A model generated the notes under the pieces. The model had not been told where the DNA came from. It saw only the letters and a program-made list of their open reading frames with translations, and did no database searches. Shown in pieces: positions 9,858 through 19,300 of a stretch of 64,000 nucleotides of DNA. Source of the DNA: a bacterium (GTDB taxonomy: Bacteria; Patescibacteriota; Dojkabacteria; SC72); NCBI GenBank assembly GCA_021108295.1, contig JAIORF010000102.1:226681-290680 (forward strand). The letters are read 5' to 3'. Within the stretch, counting starts at the first letter, position 1; each line of letters starts with the position of its first letter. A program made the position numbers and the translations under genes.

Positions 9858-10235
9858 TTGGCCTTCGAAAGAAGGTGCTCATTCAAAATAGAAGCAACAG
9901 AGGAGGAGAAGATGGAGAAAGGTGTATGGAATGGTATTGGAGTGATAGGAGTAGTAGCTGTAGGATTGGTATCTTTATTACTAGTCTGCAATACACCGCT
10001 TCACTTATCGAGTGGAGAATCCATACCAATCGCTTTACGGATTTTTATCTTTATCGCATGTGTAGTTTTTATAATAACAATATTTCGAGAAATAGGATTT
10101 TATTATTTGTATATCTTTAGCTGGCTAATAATCATTGGGATCTTCTTTATTAGTGAAGTTCCTACAGCCAGAATAGGGGAAGAAATGCAAGGATTAAGGG
10201 AGGCTCTTGAAATAATAAAAGCATATATTCAATAG
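9858..10235 (+). CDS. small hypothetical membrane protein
   Basis: 125 aa with 2-3 hydrophobic helices. Confidence 0.3.
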   Translation: MAFERRCSFKIEATEEEKMEKGVWNGIGVIGVVAVGLVSLLLVCNTPLHLSSGESIPIALRIFIFIACVVFIITIFREIGFYYLYIFSWLIIIGIFFISEVPTARIGEEMQGLREALEIIKAYIQ

Positions 10236-10251
10236 AAACAGGAGGAACAAA

Positions 10252-10524
10252 ATGATTACTGAATTAGGATTGATAAAGCTAGGGATTTGTCTGGAAGCGT
10301 TTTTCTATACCACCATTGCACTTGTTGGAAGCAAAAGAGGAGGGAAACTAGGAAAATCTATGTTCAGAATAGGTCTAATCAGTCTCTTGTTTCTCTTTGT
10401 ATGTCTTATGATGGAAGCTATTATATCTTCCGGTAGTCGGATACTGTACGTCCTCGTCGGACTACTAATATATAAGGCAGTGCTGAGCATCATCATAGCT
10501 TGGATATGGTTCAAGAAAACATAA
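10252..10524 (+). CDS. small hypothetical membrane protein
   Basis: 90 aa with three hydrophobic helices. It follows the previous small ORF on the same strand, with an RBS-like ggaggaac upstream. Confidence 0.35.
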   Translation: MITELGLIKLGICLEAFFYTTIALVGSKRGGKLGKSMFRIGLISLLFLFVCLMMEAIISSGSRILYVLVGLLIYKAVLSIIIAWIWFKKT

Positions 10525-10600
10525 CTTAAGCGAAGTAGATTAGACTCAACACTTTCTCTAGACCTTTTGGTCAATCTCCATTGAATCTGTTGCTTCTATT

Positions 10601-12382
10601 CTACTTCACAGTTACAGACTTAGCCAAATTCCTAGGCTTATCCACACTATTCCCTAAACTAAATGCTAAAAAGTAAGAAAGAAGTTGAAAAACAACCACA
10701 TTAGAAAGTGCAGACAATTCCTTACTCTTAACTACTGGTAAAAAGAAGTTAAAACACTCCTCTTTCCTAAACTTACTATCTCCTACCCCTACTGTATAAG
10801 CACCCCTTGCCCTTACCTCCTCTGTAGCAGAAAGCAAATCCTTACTACACATATCATCTGAAATAATGGTAAATACAGGAGTACCCTTCTCTATCAAAGC
10901 AATTACCCCATGCTTAAGCTCTCCTGCACTAAAACCCTCAAAATGTTTGTAAGAGATCTCCTTAATCTTAAGAGCACCCTCTAATGCAATGTATGAGTTC
11001 TGTTCCTTACCAAGTATGAAGAAGTGATTTCTATTCTTTATACTTCTTACTAACTTCTTAATATGATTAAATACCTTTTCTGTAAAATACTCTCTTAAAC
11101 CACTACTAAGGGACTCTACCTCTTCCCTAGCTCCTGTGTACTCTCCTACCATGCTTTTAGCTAGTAGATACCCAAATACACACTGAGAGGTGAAAACCTT
11201 TGTAGAGGCTACACAGATCTCAGGACCAGCATGGATTAAATAGGGTAAATCTGACATACGATGTATGGTAGAACCCTCTACGTTGATAATGCTGGCTATA
11301 GTACAACCCAACTCTTTAGCATACTCTAAAACTTCTATGGTATCTGCAGTCTCCCCACTCTGGGAAACAGCTATTATTAAATCATCTTTCTTAAGAATTG
11401 GAAAGTAAGAAGCAAAATCATACGGTCTTACATCTAATACATCTATATTTGAGATAGTTCTAAGGTAGTAAGCAATCTGTCCTGAAGCAAAACCAGCAGT
11501 ACCTGCTCCTGTTATGTATATACGTTTAGCTTTCTTAATTATATCTATCAGTGGTTTTAGATCATCTAGTTTATAATTAACTGCTTTAAGTATGGTATCT
11601 TGTTGTTCTAGAATCTCTTTGAGCATAAAATGGTCATATTTACCCTTAGAGATATCTTCTACCTTACTATTTAGTTTTGTAATTTTGTATTTCTTCTCCT
11701 TGCCAGTTTTAGAGTCGTATATTTTAAATTTGTTCCCCTTTATTTCTATTAAATCAAGATTGTCGAAAAATACCACATCTTTTGTATATTTAGTAAAAGC
11801 TAGTGCATCAGAAGCTAGGAAGAGTTCATCTTTTCCAATACCTAGGGCTAATGGAGAGCCGTTCTTAACGGCTATTATATGATTGTCTTCCTTACTGTCT
11901 AGTACAATGATGGTATTTCTTCCCTCAAGCATATTGAACGCTTTTCTTACACTGTCTCTAAAAGTTTCATCTTTTTTCGTTTGTTGTTCTATCAATCTGA
12001 CTATTACCTCTGTATCTGTTTGTGTTTTGAAGGTGTATTTTTTCTTTTCTAACATTTTCTTTAAGGTAGAGTAGTTTTCTACAATACCGTTTTGGGCTAG
12101 TATGAAGTCTTTGGTTGTAGAGATATGGGGGTGAGCATTGGTCATGGTGACTCCTCCGTGTGTTGCCCATCTGGTGTGTCCTATGGCGCATGAGGTTTTG
12201 GGTAGTGGTAGCATAGAGAGTTTTGTTTTTATTTCTCCTATTTCTTTGAATATTTTAATTTGGTTTTTGTCTTGTACTGCTATACCCCATGAGTCATAGC
12301 CTCTGTATTCGAGTGTTTTAAGCCCTTCTAGTACAATCTTAGATGAGTTTTGTTTACCGCTGTAGCCTACTATTCCGCACAT
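10601..12382 (-). CDS. glmS: glutamine--fructose-6-phosphate aminotransferase (isomerising)
   Basis: The N-terminus is MCGIVGY, which carries the N-terminal Cys nucleophile. It has a class-II glutaminase domain and two SIS domains with matching motifs (GHTRWATHG, SQSGETADT). The protein ends KPRNLAKSVTVK, similar to the canonical AKSVTVE C-terminus. Confidence 0.92.
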   Translation of the reverse strand: MCGIVGYSGKQNSSKIVLEGLKTLEYRGYDSWGIAVQDKNQIKIFKEIGEIKTKLSMLPLPKTSCAIGHTRWATHGGVTMTNAHPHISTTKDFILAQNGIVENYSTLKKMLEKKKYTFKTQTDTEVIVRLIEQQTKKDETFRDSVRKAFNMLEGRNTIIVLDSKEDNHIIAVKNGSPLALGIGKDELFLASDALAFTKYTKDVVFFDNLDLIEIKGNKFKIYDSKTGKEKKYKITKLNSKVEDISKGKYDHFMLKEILEQQDTILKAVNYKLDDLKPLIDIIKKAKRIYITGAGTAGFASGQIAYYLRTISNIDVLDVRPYDFASYFPILKKDDLIIAVSQSGETADTIEVLEYAKELGCTIASIINVEGSTIHRMSDLPYLIHAGPEICVASTKVFTSQCVFGYLLAKSMVGEYTGAREEVESLSSGLREYFTEKVFNHIKKLVRSIKNRNHFFILGKEQNSYIALEGALKIKEISYKHFEGFSAGELKHGVIALIEKGTPVFTIISDDMCSKDLLSATEEVRARGAYTVGVGDSKFRKEECFNFFLPVVKSKELSALSNVVVFQLLSYFLAFSLGNSVDKPRNLAKSVTVK

Positions 12383-12424
12383 ATGTATGTGTTTAATCAA
12401 GTTATTGTATATGGGGAAATTACT

Positions 12425-12565
12425 GACTACCTTTTTGTATATTTGTAGGTAATCTTTAGGATAGTAATATATCCTAGGAGTATCCGCTGATATTTCGATA
12501 GCTCCTTCCTCGTAGTAATGTATTTCTCATTACCCAGCCGCTTAACTGTATTAATGTTCCCTAAG
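12425..12565 (-). ncRNA. glmS ribozyme-like 5' leader (putative)
   Basis: The minus-strand leader of glmS reads ..UUAAGCGGCUGGGUAAUG..UACGAGGAAGGAGCUAUCGAAAUAUCAGCGGAUACUCCUAGGAUA..CCUAAAGAUUACC. This matches the conserved glmS ribozyme core (AGCGCCAGAACU, then GACGAGGA, then AUCGAA..CGGCGGAUGCCUCC, then UAAGG). The boundaries are approximate. Confidence 0.55.
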
Positions 12566-12657
12566 TAACGTTACAGGATGTGTAAATTGGTGTCAAATAT
12601 TGAAACTATTCTAAAAACACGCTATCATGGACTATTAATTTAATTATTTATACATAT

Positions 12658-13212
12658 ATGAGTATTGCACTAGTAATTGTAGTAGTGGTACTAGTAGTTT
12701 TAGGGGGATTTTTAATATCTCTTTACAACAGACTAGCTACACAGAGACTTGTTGTTCATGAGGCTGAGGCAGATATTGAGACATTCCTTAAGCAAAGATA
12801 CGATATGATTCCAAATCTTGTTGAGATTGTTAAGGGGTATGCTAAGCATGAGAAGGAGACTTTTGAGAGTGTTATTGCTATGAGGAGTAAGGCTATGGCA
12901 GCAGGTACTTTGGATGAGAAGATGGCTATGGAGAAGCAGTTGACTGCAGGTGTTATGAAAATCTTTGCTGTAGCAGAGAGTTATCCAGAGCTTAAAGCAA
13001 ATGAGAACTTTAAAGAGTTACAAGCAAGTCTTAAGGGTTTAGAAGAGAATATTCAGAAGTCTAGAAGGTTTTACAATGGTACTGTTAGAGATTTCAATAC
13101 AGTCATTGCAGTATTCCCAAACAGTTTAATTGCTGGAATTATGGGTTACAAGGCTATGCCTTTCTTTGAAGCTGATGAAGAGGAGAAGAAGAACGTCAAG
13201 ATTAAGTTCTAA
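12658..13212 (+). CDS. lemA: LemA family protein
   Basis: It has an N-terminal TM helix and the LemA signature region (DMIPNLVEIVKGYAKHEKETFESV, MRSKA, ESYPELKANENF). Confidence 0.8.
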   Translation: MSIALVIVVVVLVVLGGFLISLYNRLATQRLVVHEAEADIETFLKQRYDMIPNLVEIVKGYAKHEKETFESVIAMRSKAMAAGTLDEKMAMEKQLTAGVMKIFAVAESYPELKANENFKELQASLKGLEENIQKSRRFYNGTVRDFNTVIAVFPNSLIAGIMGYKAMPFFEADEEEKKNVKIKF

Positions 13213-13221
13213 GCTATTTAT

Positions 13222-14943
13222 ATGAAGAAGCATTTTTTAATTGCACTATTGTTTCTGTGTAGTGTATTTGTAGTTCCTACTTTTGCACAGGATATTACAG
13301 TCGAGCATATCTCTGAGTTTAATAGTGAGATTGTGATTAATGAGGATGCTAGTATAGATATTGTAGAGGAGATACATTATGTATTCTCTGAGAGTAGGCG
13401 TGGAATATTTTGGACATATCCTGTGGATTACAGTGTACAGGGTTTTAAGAGAGCTACTAGTTTTAAGATGAATGATATCTACTACTACCCTGTTAATGAT
13501 CCAAGTCTCAAGGAGTCGGAATATGAGAGAATTAGTAATACTGGGGGGTGGGCAGAATACAAAATAGGTGAGGAGGATGTGTATCTTTTGGGTGAGTATG
13601 TTTATGTAGTTGATTATACTATCAAGGATGTAGGTGTTTCCTATTTCGATGATCATGATGAGATATATCTAAATATCATTGGCCCTGGTTGGGAAGTCCC
13701 TATTCTAACATCTACTGCTACTATTACTACTCCTGTAGAGGATACCAACCGTGTGTGTTACACAGGTCCTGAGGGTTCTTCTGCAAGTGATTGTACTATT
13801 GTAAATACAGACAATGGTATGGTGATTTCTACTGATACTATGTTGGATTCGTTAAGTGCTTTTACACTTGTTTTAGCTTTTCCAGTAGGTACTATCGAGG
13901 ATCATACAGCTGGTATGTGGTTACAGCTTCTTATTGCTAATTTGGGTATATTAATACCTGTTCCTGTGATCTTTATATTGTTTAAGAAATCGAAGGATTG
14001 GAAAAACAAAAAAATTACAATTATACCTCACTACGATGCTCCAGAAGGTCTAGATCCTATGCTTACAGGTCATGTTTTTCTGAAGAAGTATGATCAGAAG
14101 CATTTAACAGCATTAATTATATGGATGGCTGTTAAGGGATATCTTTCAGTAGAGAGAGAGGGTAAGAAGAACTTCCTAAACAAAGAGGTTGAGAGTGTTG
14201 AGGGTGAGAGTAATTACATTGTGAAGTTGTTTGATGCTATGTTTAGTAAAAAGGACAGGGTTGAAGTTACTAAGATGCCTATTAGCTTTTCTAGTAAAAT
14301 ACCTACAATTGTTAGTTCAGTAAGTTCATTAGTTACCACGAAAGGTTATATTGAGAAAGAGAGGGTAGATAGGAAGAATATGTTAACAATATTGGGTGGT
14401 ATTATTGCAGGGTTTTCATTTTTTACTATTATGCCTCTTCTCATGGTCTATGCTGCTGTTGGTACTGCTTGGGGTATCATCGTAAGTGGTTTAGCTATGG
14501 TCATTACTGGTACTAAGATAGATGTTCGTGGTGTAGAGGGTAATAAGTTGTATTACAAGTTACTTGGTCTTAAGATGTATATTAATACTGCAGAGAAGCA
14601 TAGGATAGAGTTTCATAATGATCCTGAGAAGTTTAGGGGTGTATTTGAGACATTGCTCCCCTACGCTATTATCTTTGGTTTAGAGAAGAAGTGGGCAGAG
14701 GAGTTTAAGGAGTTGTACAAAGACACACAACCAAGTTGGTACAAGGGGGATTACAATACCTTTACTCCATATCTAATGACTAGGTCTATAAGTAGTCTTA
14801 GTAGAGGGGTAAAAGCAGCTAACACGAAAGCTTATGGTAGTAGTTCTGGGTATAGATCTAGTGGATGGTCTTCTGGAGGCTCAGGATTTAGTGGTGGTTC
14901 TTCAGGAGGAGGTGGTGGTGGTTCTGGTGGTGGTAGTTGGTAG
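13222..14943 (+). CDS. DUF2207-like membrane protein (LemA partner)
   Basis: It has a signal peptide, a large extracellular domain, central TM helices and a C-terminal Gly/Ser-rich tail (GGSSGGGGGGSGGGSW), which is typical of DUF2207 proteins. LemA is encoded immediately upstream. Confidence 0.65.
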   Translation: MKKHFLIALLFLCSVFVVPTFAQDITVEHISEFNSEIVINEDASIDIVEEIHYVFSESRRGIFWTYPVDYSVQGFKRATSFKMNDIYYYPVNDPSLKESEYERISNTGGWAEYKIGEEDVYLLGEYVYVVDYTIKDVGVSYFDDHDEIYLNIIGPGWEVPILTSTATITTPVEDTNRVCYTGPEGSSASDCTIVNTDNGMVISTDTMLDSLSAFTLVLAFPVGTIEDHTAGMWLQLLIANLGILIPVPVIFILFKKSKDWKNKKITIIPHYDAPEGLDPMLTGHVFLKKYDQKHLTALIIWMAVKGYLSVEREGKKNFLNKEVESVEGESNYIVKLFDAMFSKKDRVEVTKMPISFSSKIPTIVSSVSSLVTTKGYIEKERVDRKNMLTILGGIIAGFSFFTIMPLLMVYAAVGTAWGIIVSGLAMVITGTKIDVRGVEGNKLYYKLLGLKMYINTAEKHRIEFHNDPEKFRGVFETLLPYAIIFGLEKKWAEEFKELYKDTQPSWYKGDYNTFTPYLMTRSISSLSRGVKAANTKAYGSSSGYRSSGWSSGGSGFSGGSSGGGGGGSGGGSW

Positions 14944-14949
14944 TATTTC

Positions 14950-16314
14950 TTAGAACCTTTTGTATAGTTTACTTTCTTTGAGCTTTTCTATTAGTTTCTT
15001 ACCGTCTGTATCAGACTCTATCCAGAAGAGAGGGGTGTTACTGAAGAATTCCTTTGAAAAGTTGTATACGTCGTCAAGGGTAATCTTTAATGCTTCTTTT
15101 CTTGCTTTATTAAATTCAAAGATGTCTCTATTTTCAATTAATGCGACTCCCTTTTGTTCTGCATAGGAACTTTTGTATGGTATTGTTCTAGGGAATATGT
15201 AGGTACTAACCCTTGATTGAAACCATATTTTCCCTTCTTTACTGTCTAAGAATTTCTTAAGATCTTTCTCAAGAAGGTTGTTGACTGCAGAGAGGACTTT
15301 TTCAAAGTTCTTAGGTTGAGTGGATACTTCATACCCTACTACTCTTTGACTGAAGCTTGAACCGAACTTACTAGACATGTGAGCAGAGTAGATTAGTCCT
15401 AGTTCCTCTCTTAGGGTATCGTGAGATATTTTTCGCATAAGAGACCTGAAGAGGTATTCTAATCCTTGTGCTTTGTAGTCTAGTTTGTCTTTTCTCTTTA
15501 TTGTCATTAGTATTGCTAGATATATTCCCTCTATTTGTTCATCTTGGAAGTGGTTTATTCTTTTGTCGGTAGTTATAGGTGTGTGTGGAGTTTGAATCTC
15601 TTTGGGGGTTTGGTTGTAGATATTCACAATATTTTCTATTTCTTCTTTATGACTTGGTAATAGTTCTTGTCCTGTTTGTAGGGTGATTAGGATATTTTCT
15701 GGTACAAATTGTGTTTGAAAGAATGTTTGTAGGTGTTGTGGTTGGATAGTTTCGATGTCTTTTTTCTCCCCTAGTATAGTGTGTGTGAAGCCGTTGTTTT
15801 TGTTGTCGTAAAGAAACTTACTGAATTGGTAGTGTCTGTCGTGTTTGTTTTTGTTTGTGTGTGATTGTTCAGCTAGTATTATTTGTCTTTCTTTTTCAAT
15901 GTATTTTGTGATGTTTTCTATTGGGTAATCTAGCATAGATTTTATTCTTAAGTTTATCCTGCTTGATCCGTCTTGGTTTCCGTAGGCGTATAGGTACATA
16001 TATTTTTGTGAGGTGGATGCGTTAGCGAAGATTGCTGGTTCGTCTTTGTTTCCTGATTCGAATTCGTCTATTTCAAATTTTGTTTTGAGTAGTTTGTTGG
16101 GGTTCCCTGCTATCATGTGTTCTAGAAAGTGTGCAGTGCCGTGTGGGAGATTAAGGGTTGTTTCAAAGGTGCTTCCTGCTCTTATTATTACAGTTAGTAC
16201 GTAGTCTGTGCTAGAGGGGTGCAGGGCGTGCATTAGTTTAATGCCGTTGTTAAATTGGTAGGTGGTGTGTTGAATTTTTGTTAGGCTGTCTGTGAATTGG
16301 TGTATTTTTTTCAT
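14950..16314 (-). CDS. M16 family zinc metallopeptidase (insulinase-like)
   Basis: It has the inverted zinc motif HGTAHFLEH (HxxEH) near the N-terminus. It is 454 aa. Confidence 0.75.
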   Translation of the reverse strand: MKKIHQFTDSLTKIQHTTYQFNNGIKLMHALHPSSTDYVLTVIIRAGSTFETTLNLPHGTAHFLEHMIAGNPNKLLKTKFEIDEFESGNKDEPAIFANASTSQKYMYLYAYGNQDGSSRINLRIKSMLDYPIENITKYIEKERQIILAEQSHTNKNKHDRHYQFSKFLYDNKNNGFTHTILGEKKDIETIQPQHLQTFFQTQFVPENILITLQTGQELLPSHKEEIENIVNIYNQTPKEIQTPHTPITTDKRINHFQDEQIEGIYLAILMTIKRKDKLDYKAQGLEYLFRSLMRKISHDTLREELGLIYSAHMSSKFGSSFSQRVVGYEVSTQPKNFEKVLSAVNNLLEKDLKKFLDSKEGKIWFQSRVSTYIFPRTIPYKSSYAEQKGVALIENRDIFEFNKARKEALKITLDDVYNFSKEFFSNTPLFWIESDTDGKKLIEKLKESKLYKRF

Positions 16315-16384
16315 AGTTGTTGTTTTAAAAGGTATAGAGGGAGGTTGTTCCTCCCCCTATTGTACCTAATTTAAGAGTTTTTTG

Positions 16385-19300
16385 TTACTCTTCTTGCTTG
16401 TTACTTAGTATTACGTATGTTGTGGTAACACCTAGTGCAAGGATTATTAGTAGGATGTACCAGTATTTTTGCCAGAAGTTTCTCGTGTCAATTCCTGCTA
16501 TATCGAATTGTGTTTCGTCTTGGTCTTCTGATACTGTTACAGCGAGTACGTCTCCTATGTCAATGTTTTTAGGTAGGTTTTCTGAGTCTACAGAGATGTT
16601 GTAGTCTCCTGGGCATAGGTATGTTTCCCAGTAGCCGTTTTCGTCTGTAGTTATTTCTTTTACCGTAATTTCATTGTCGTTGTATGGTATGAAGATTTTG
16701 AGGGATATATTAGCTAGTGCTTTCTCATTGTCTTCTTTTTCACCATTTTTGTTTTTGTCTATGTACAGATATCCAAAGAGTTTCTTAGTTGTCTCGCAGC
16801 TGTTTATTCTGTCTAAGAGTCCTTGTATGTCGTCGTCACTACCTAGTACCTCGTCGTCTGGTACGTAGGAGTCTGCTAGGAGGGCATCTCCACTTCCTGT
16901 ACCGTCTGCATAGTATCTGTAGTCTCCTGTACCTGCTACATCTCCTTCTGGAGGGGCATCTACCGTTATATCGAAGCTGTCAGTTCCAATGTCTCCGTCT
17001 GTATCGATTACAGTTACTGTACATGTGTATGTCCCTTCTGTTGTAGGATCAAATGTTGTTGTATCTGTAGTTCCTGTGCAGTCATCGCTCCAGAGGTATG
17101 TGAATGGTGCGTTACCGTCAGTTAGAGTAGTTGTGAGTGTTATTGGGTCGTCTCCTTCTACTGCAGTGTTTGTACCTTGTATTGTAATTGTTGGTGCGTT
17201 GTTTGATACAGTGATCTCTATTGTGTAATCATCACATTCTCCTTCTCCTTGATCAACATCAGATTCACATACTTCAAATTGTGCAAAGTATGTTCCTTCA
17301 TTGATGTAGGTGTGTGCGAATGTGAGTGTTTCTCCTGGTATGTCTGTTGTATCATCAAAGCTTGCTGTTCCTTCTGGAAGGAAGGAGTATGTCCAAGGTG
17401 CATCATCTGCATGTTCTTCTCCACTAGCATATGTCATGTAGCTTGGGTCTGAGAATACAGCTTCGAAATTTATTGTTTCTCCTTCTGTGATAGCTATTGC
17501 ATCTGATGTGAAGGAGTCAATAATTGGAGCTACGTTAGTGATAGTGATGGTTAGTGTTTCTTCTGGACTTGGATTTCCTGCTAGGTCTTCTGCATGGTAT
17601 GTGATGGTGTATACTCCTTCTGGTATGTAGAAGGTGTCTATAGTTAGAATATCTTCGCCAAAGTATGCTAGGGCATATTCTTTGACTAAGTCAGAGATAT
17701 TTATAGTTTCTGATAAACCAGAGAGAGCTTTTGTATCAAAGAATGTACCTAGATCAACATTCGAAAGTTCATAGTGTACATTTTGAAGTCCGGTTTCATC
17801 TGTAACTTCAGCTAGTACATCTGGAATATTGTCTCCTTCTTCAAGGTCTAGGGTATCAATAATATCTTCTATCTCAGGTGGTGTGTCATCGTATGTTATT
17901 TGACAACTACCTTCTAAAGTTTCTGCTGATAAAGCCCATTCTGATATGTTTCCTGCTTTATCAATTGTTCTAACTGCAAATCCGTATGTTCCTTCATTTG
18001 GTGTCCAACTGCCATTGTATTCAAAGATTGATTCATCGAATCTTCTCTCGTCAATTCCTTGACTCCCATTTGGTGCGTTGAAGGATGAGTATTCGTAGTA
18101 ATCAAAGTTTGTATCTGTACTATCATCCCAATCTGGATGCATCCCTTGTATTGGTGAGTAGGCTCCACATTCGAAGACTATACTGTGATCTGAGCGTAGT
18201 AGTCTGCGTAAGCCAGATGGTGTGTCAGGTACAGTATTGTCTACAGTTATAGTTATTACATGCTCTGAATCTCCATCGAGTTCCCTATTTCCTGCTAGAT
18301 CTCTAGCTGCTAATCTGATTTGATATTCTCCATCAGGATATCCTGTTGTATCCCAAGTATAGATGACTGTTTCACCGAATTCAGGGCCATATACTGTTTC
18401 TTGCTCTAATCGTAGAGAGAAATCGTGTACATCTACTCCTCCTGGGTATATTGATATGTTGTAGTGACTTAGGTTTGTGTCTGTGACAAATCCGGAAATA
18501 TCTACCACTCCTTTTACAAAGTCATTATCAGCAGGATCTGTTATACCTACTACTGGAGCAATTGTGTCTACTACGAAGTGTAATCCTAAGACATCTCTAA
18601 ATTGATGTATAGAAGGAATATCTTTTCTGATAGCGTTGTCATATACATGGTGTGCCATGTAGTATTCTCCATCTTGGAGTGATGCTATACAGTTAGTAAA
18701 TTCTATCCTTTCTGATGTTTCATTGTATGTAACACCATTTAGATGTACTAAGTTTGGTTCACTTCTCCAACTGCAGTATGCTAGTTTTCCATCATTACTA
18801 AATCCAAAGCTTCCATCATCTTGTGCCTGAAAGATTACGAATGAATCTTTGAGTAATTCAGATGAAGGTAGATCGTCAGTGTATGATCCGGTGAATGTAA
18901 GTTGACCAATATTGTTTACAAATGTAATCGGATCTGTGACAACATCAATTTCTGCACCATCTTTATATTGTATATATGTTGCTCTTGGAGCTACAGTATC
19001 AACAAAGAGATCTTGTGTTATGGTTGTAGTATTTTCTGCATTGTCTGTTATAACTGCTGTAATAGTGTGTTGACCATCTGGAATGTCTATAGAAAATACT
19101 GATTCCCAAGCATTTCCTAATATTGTAGTTGTACTTGGTATTCCATCAATAGTTACTAAGACTGATGCTACTCCACTACGTTCGTCGTCTGCAAGTCCTT
19201 CTATTGTAGGAAGATCTTCGTTAATAATCCATTCAGTGATGTGATACACAGTTCCATTGTTTGAGTTAACCATCCTTATTGAATCAATACTTCCGGCAGG

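Noticed and set aside
9794-10120. ORFs 9794-10120 (+) and the N-terminal 85 codons of the 9278-9991 (-) track ORF
   Set aside because: The NUDIX homology begins at MNKAIES (9735). The upstream extension is Thr/Pro-rich and overlaps the promoter region. The plus-strand ORF overlapping it lacks any signal of coding.
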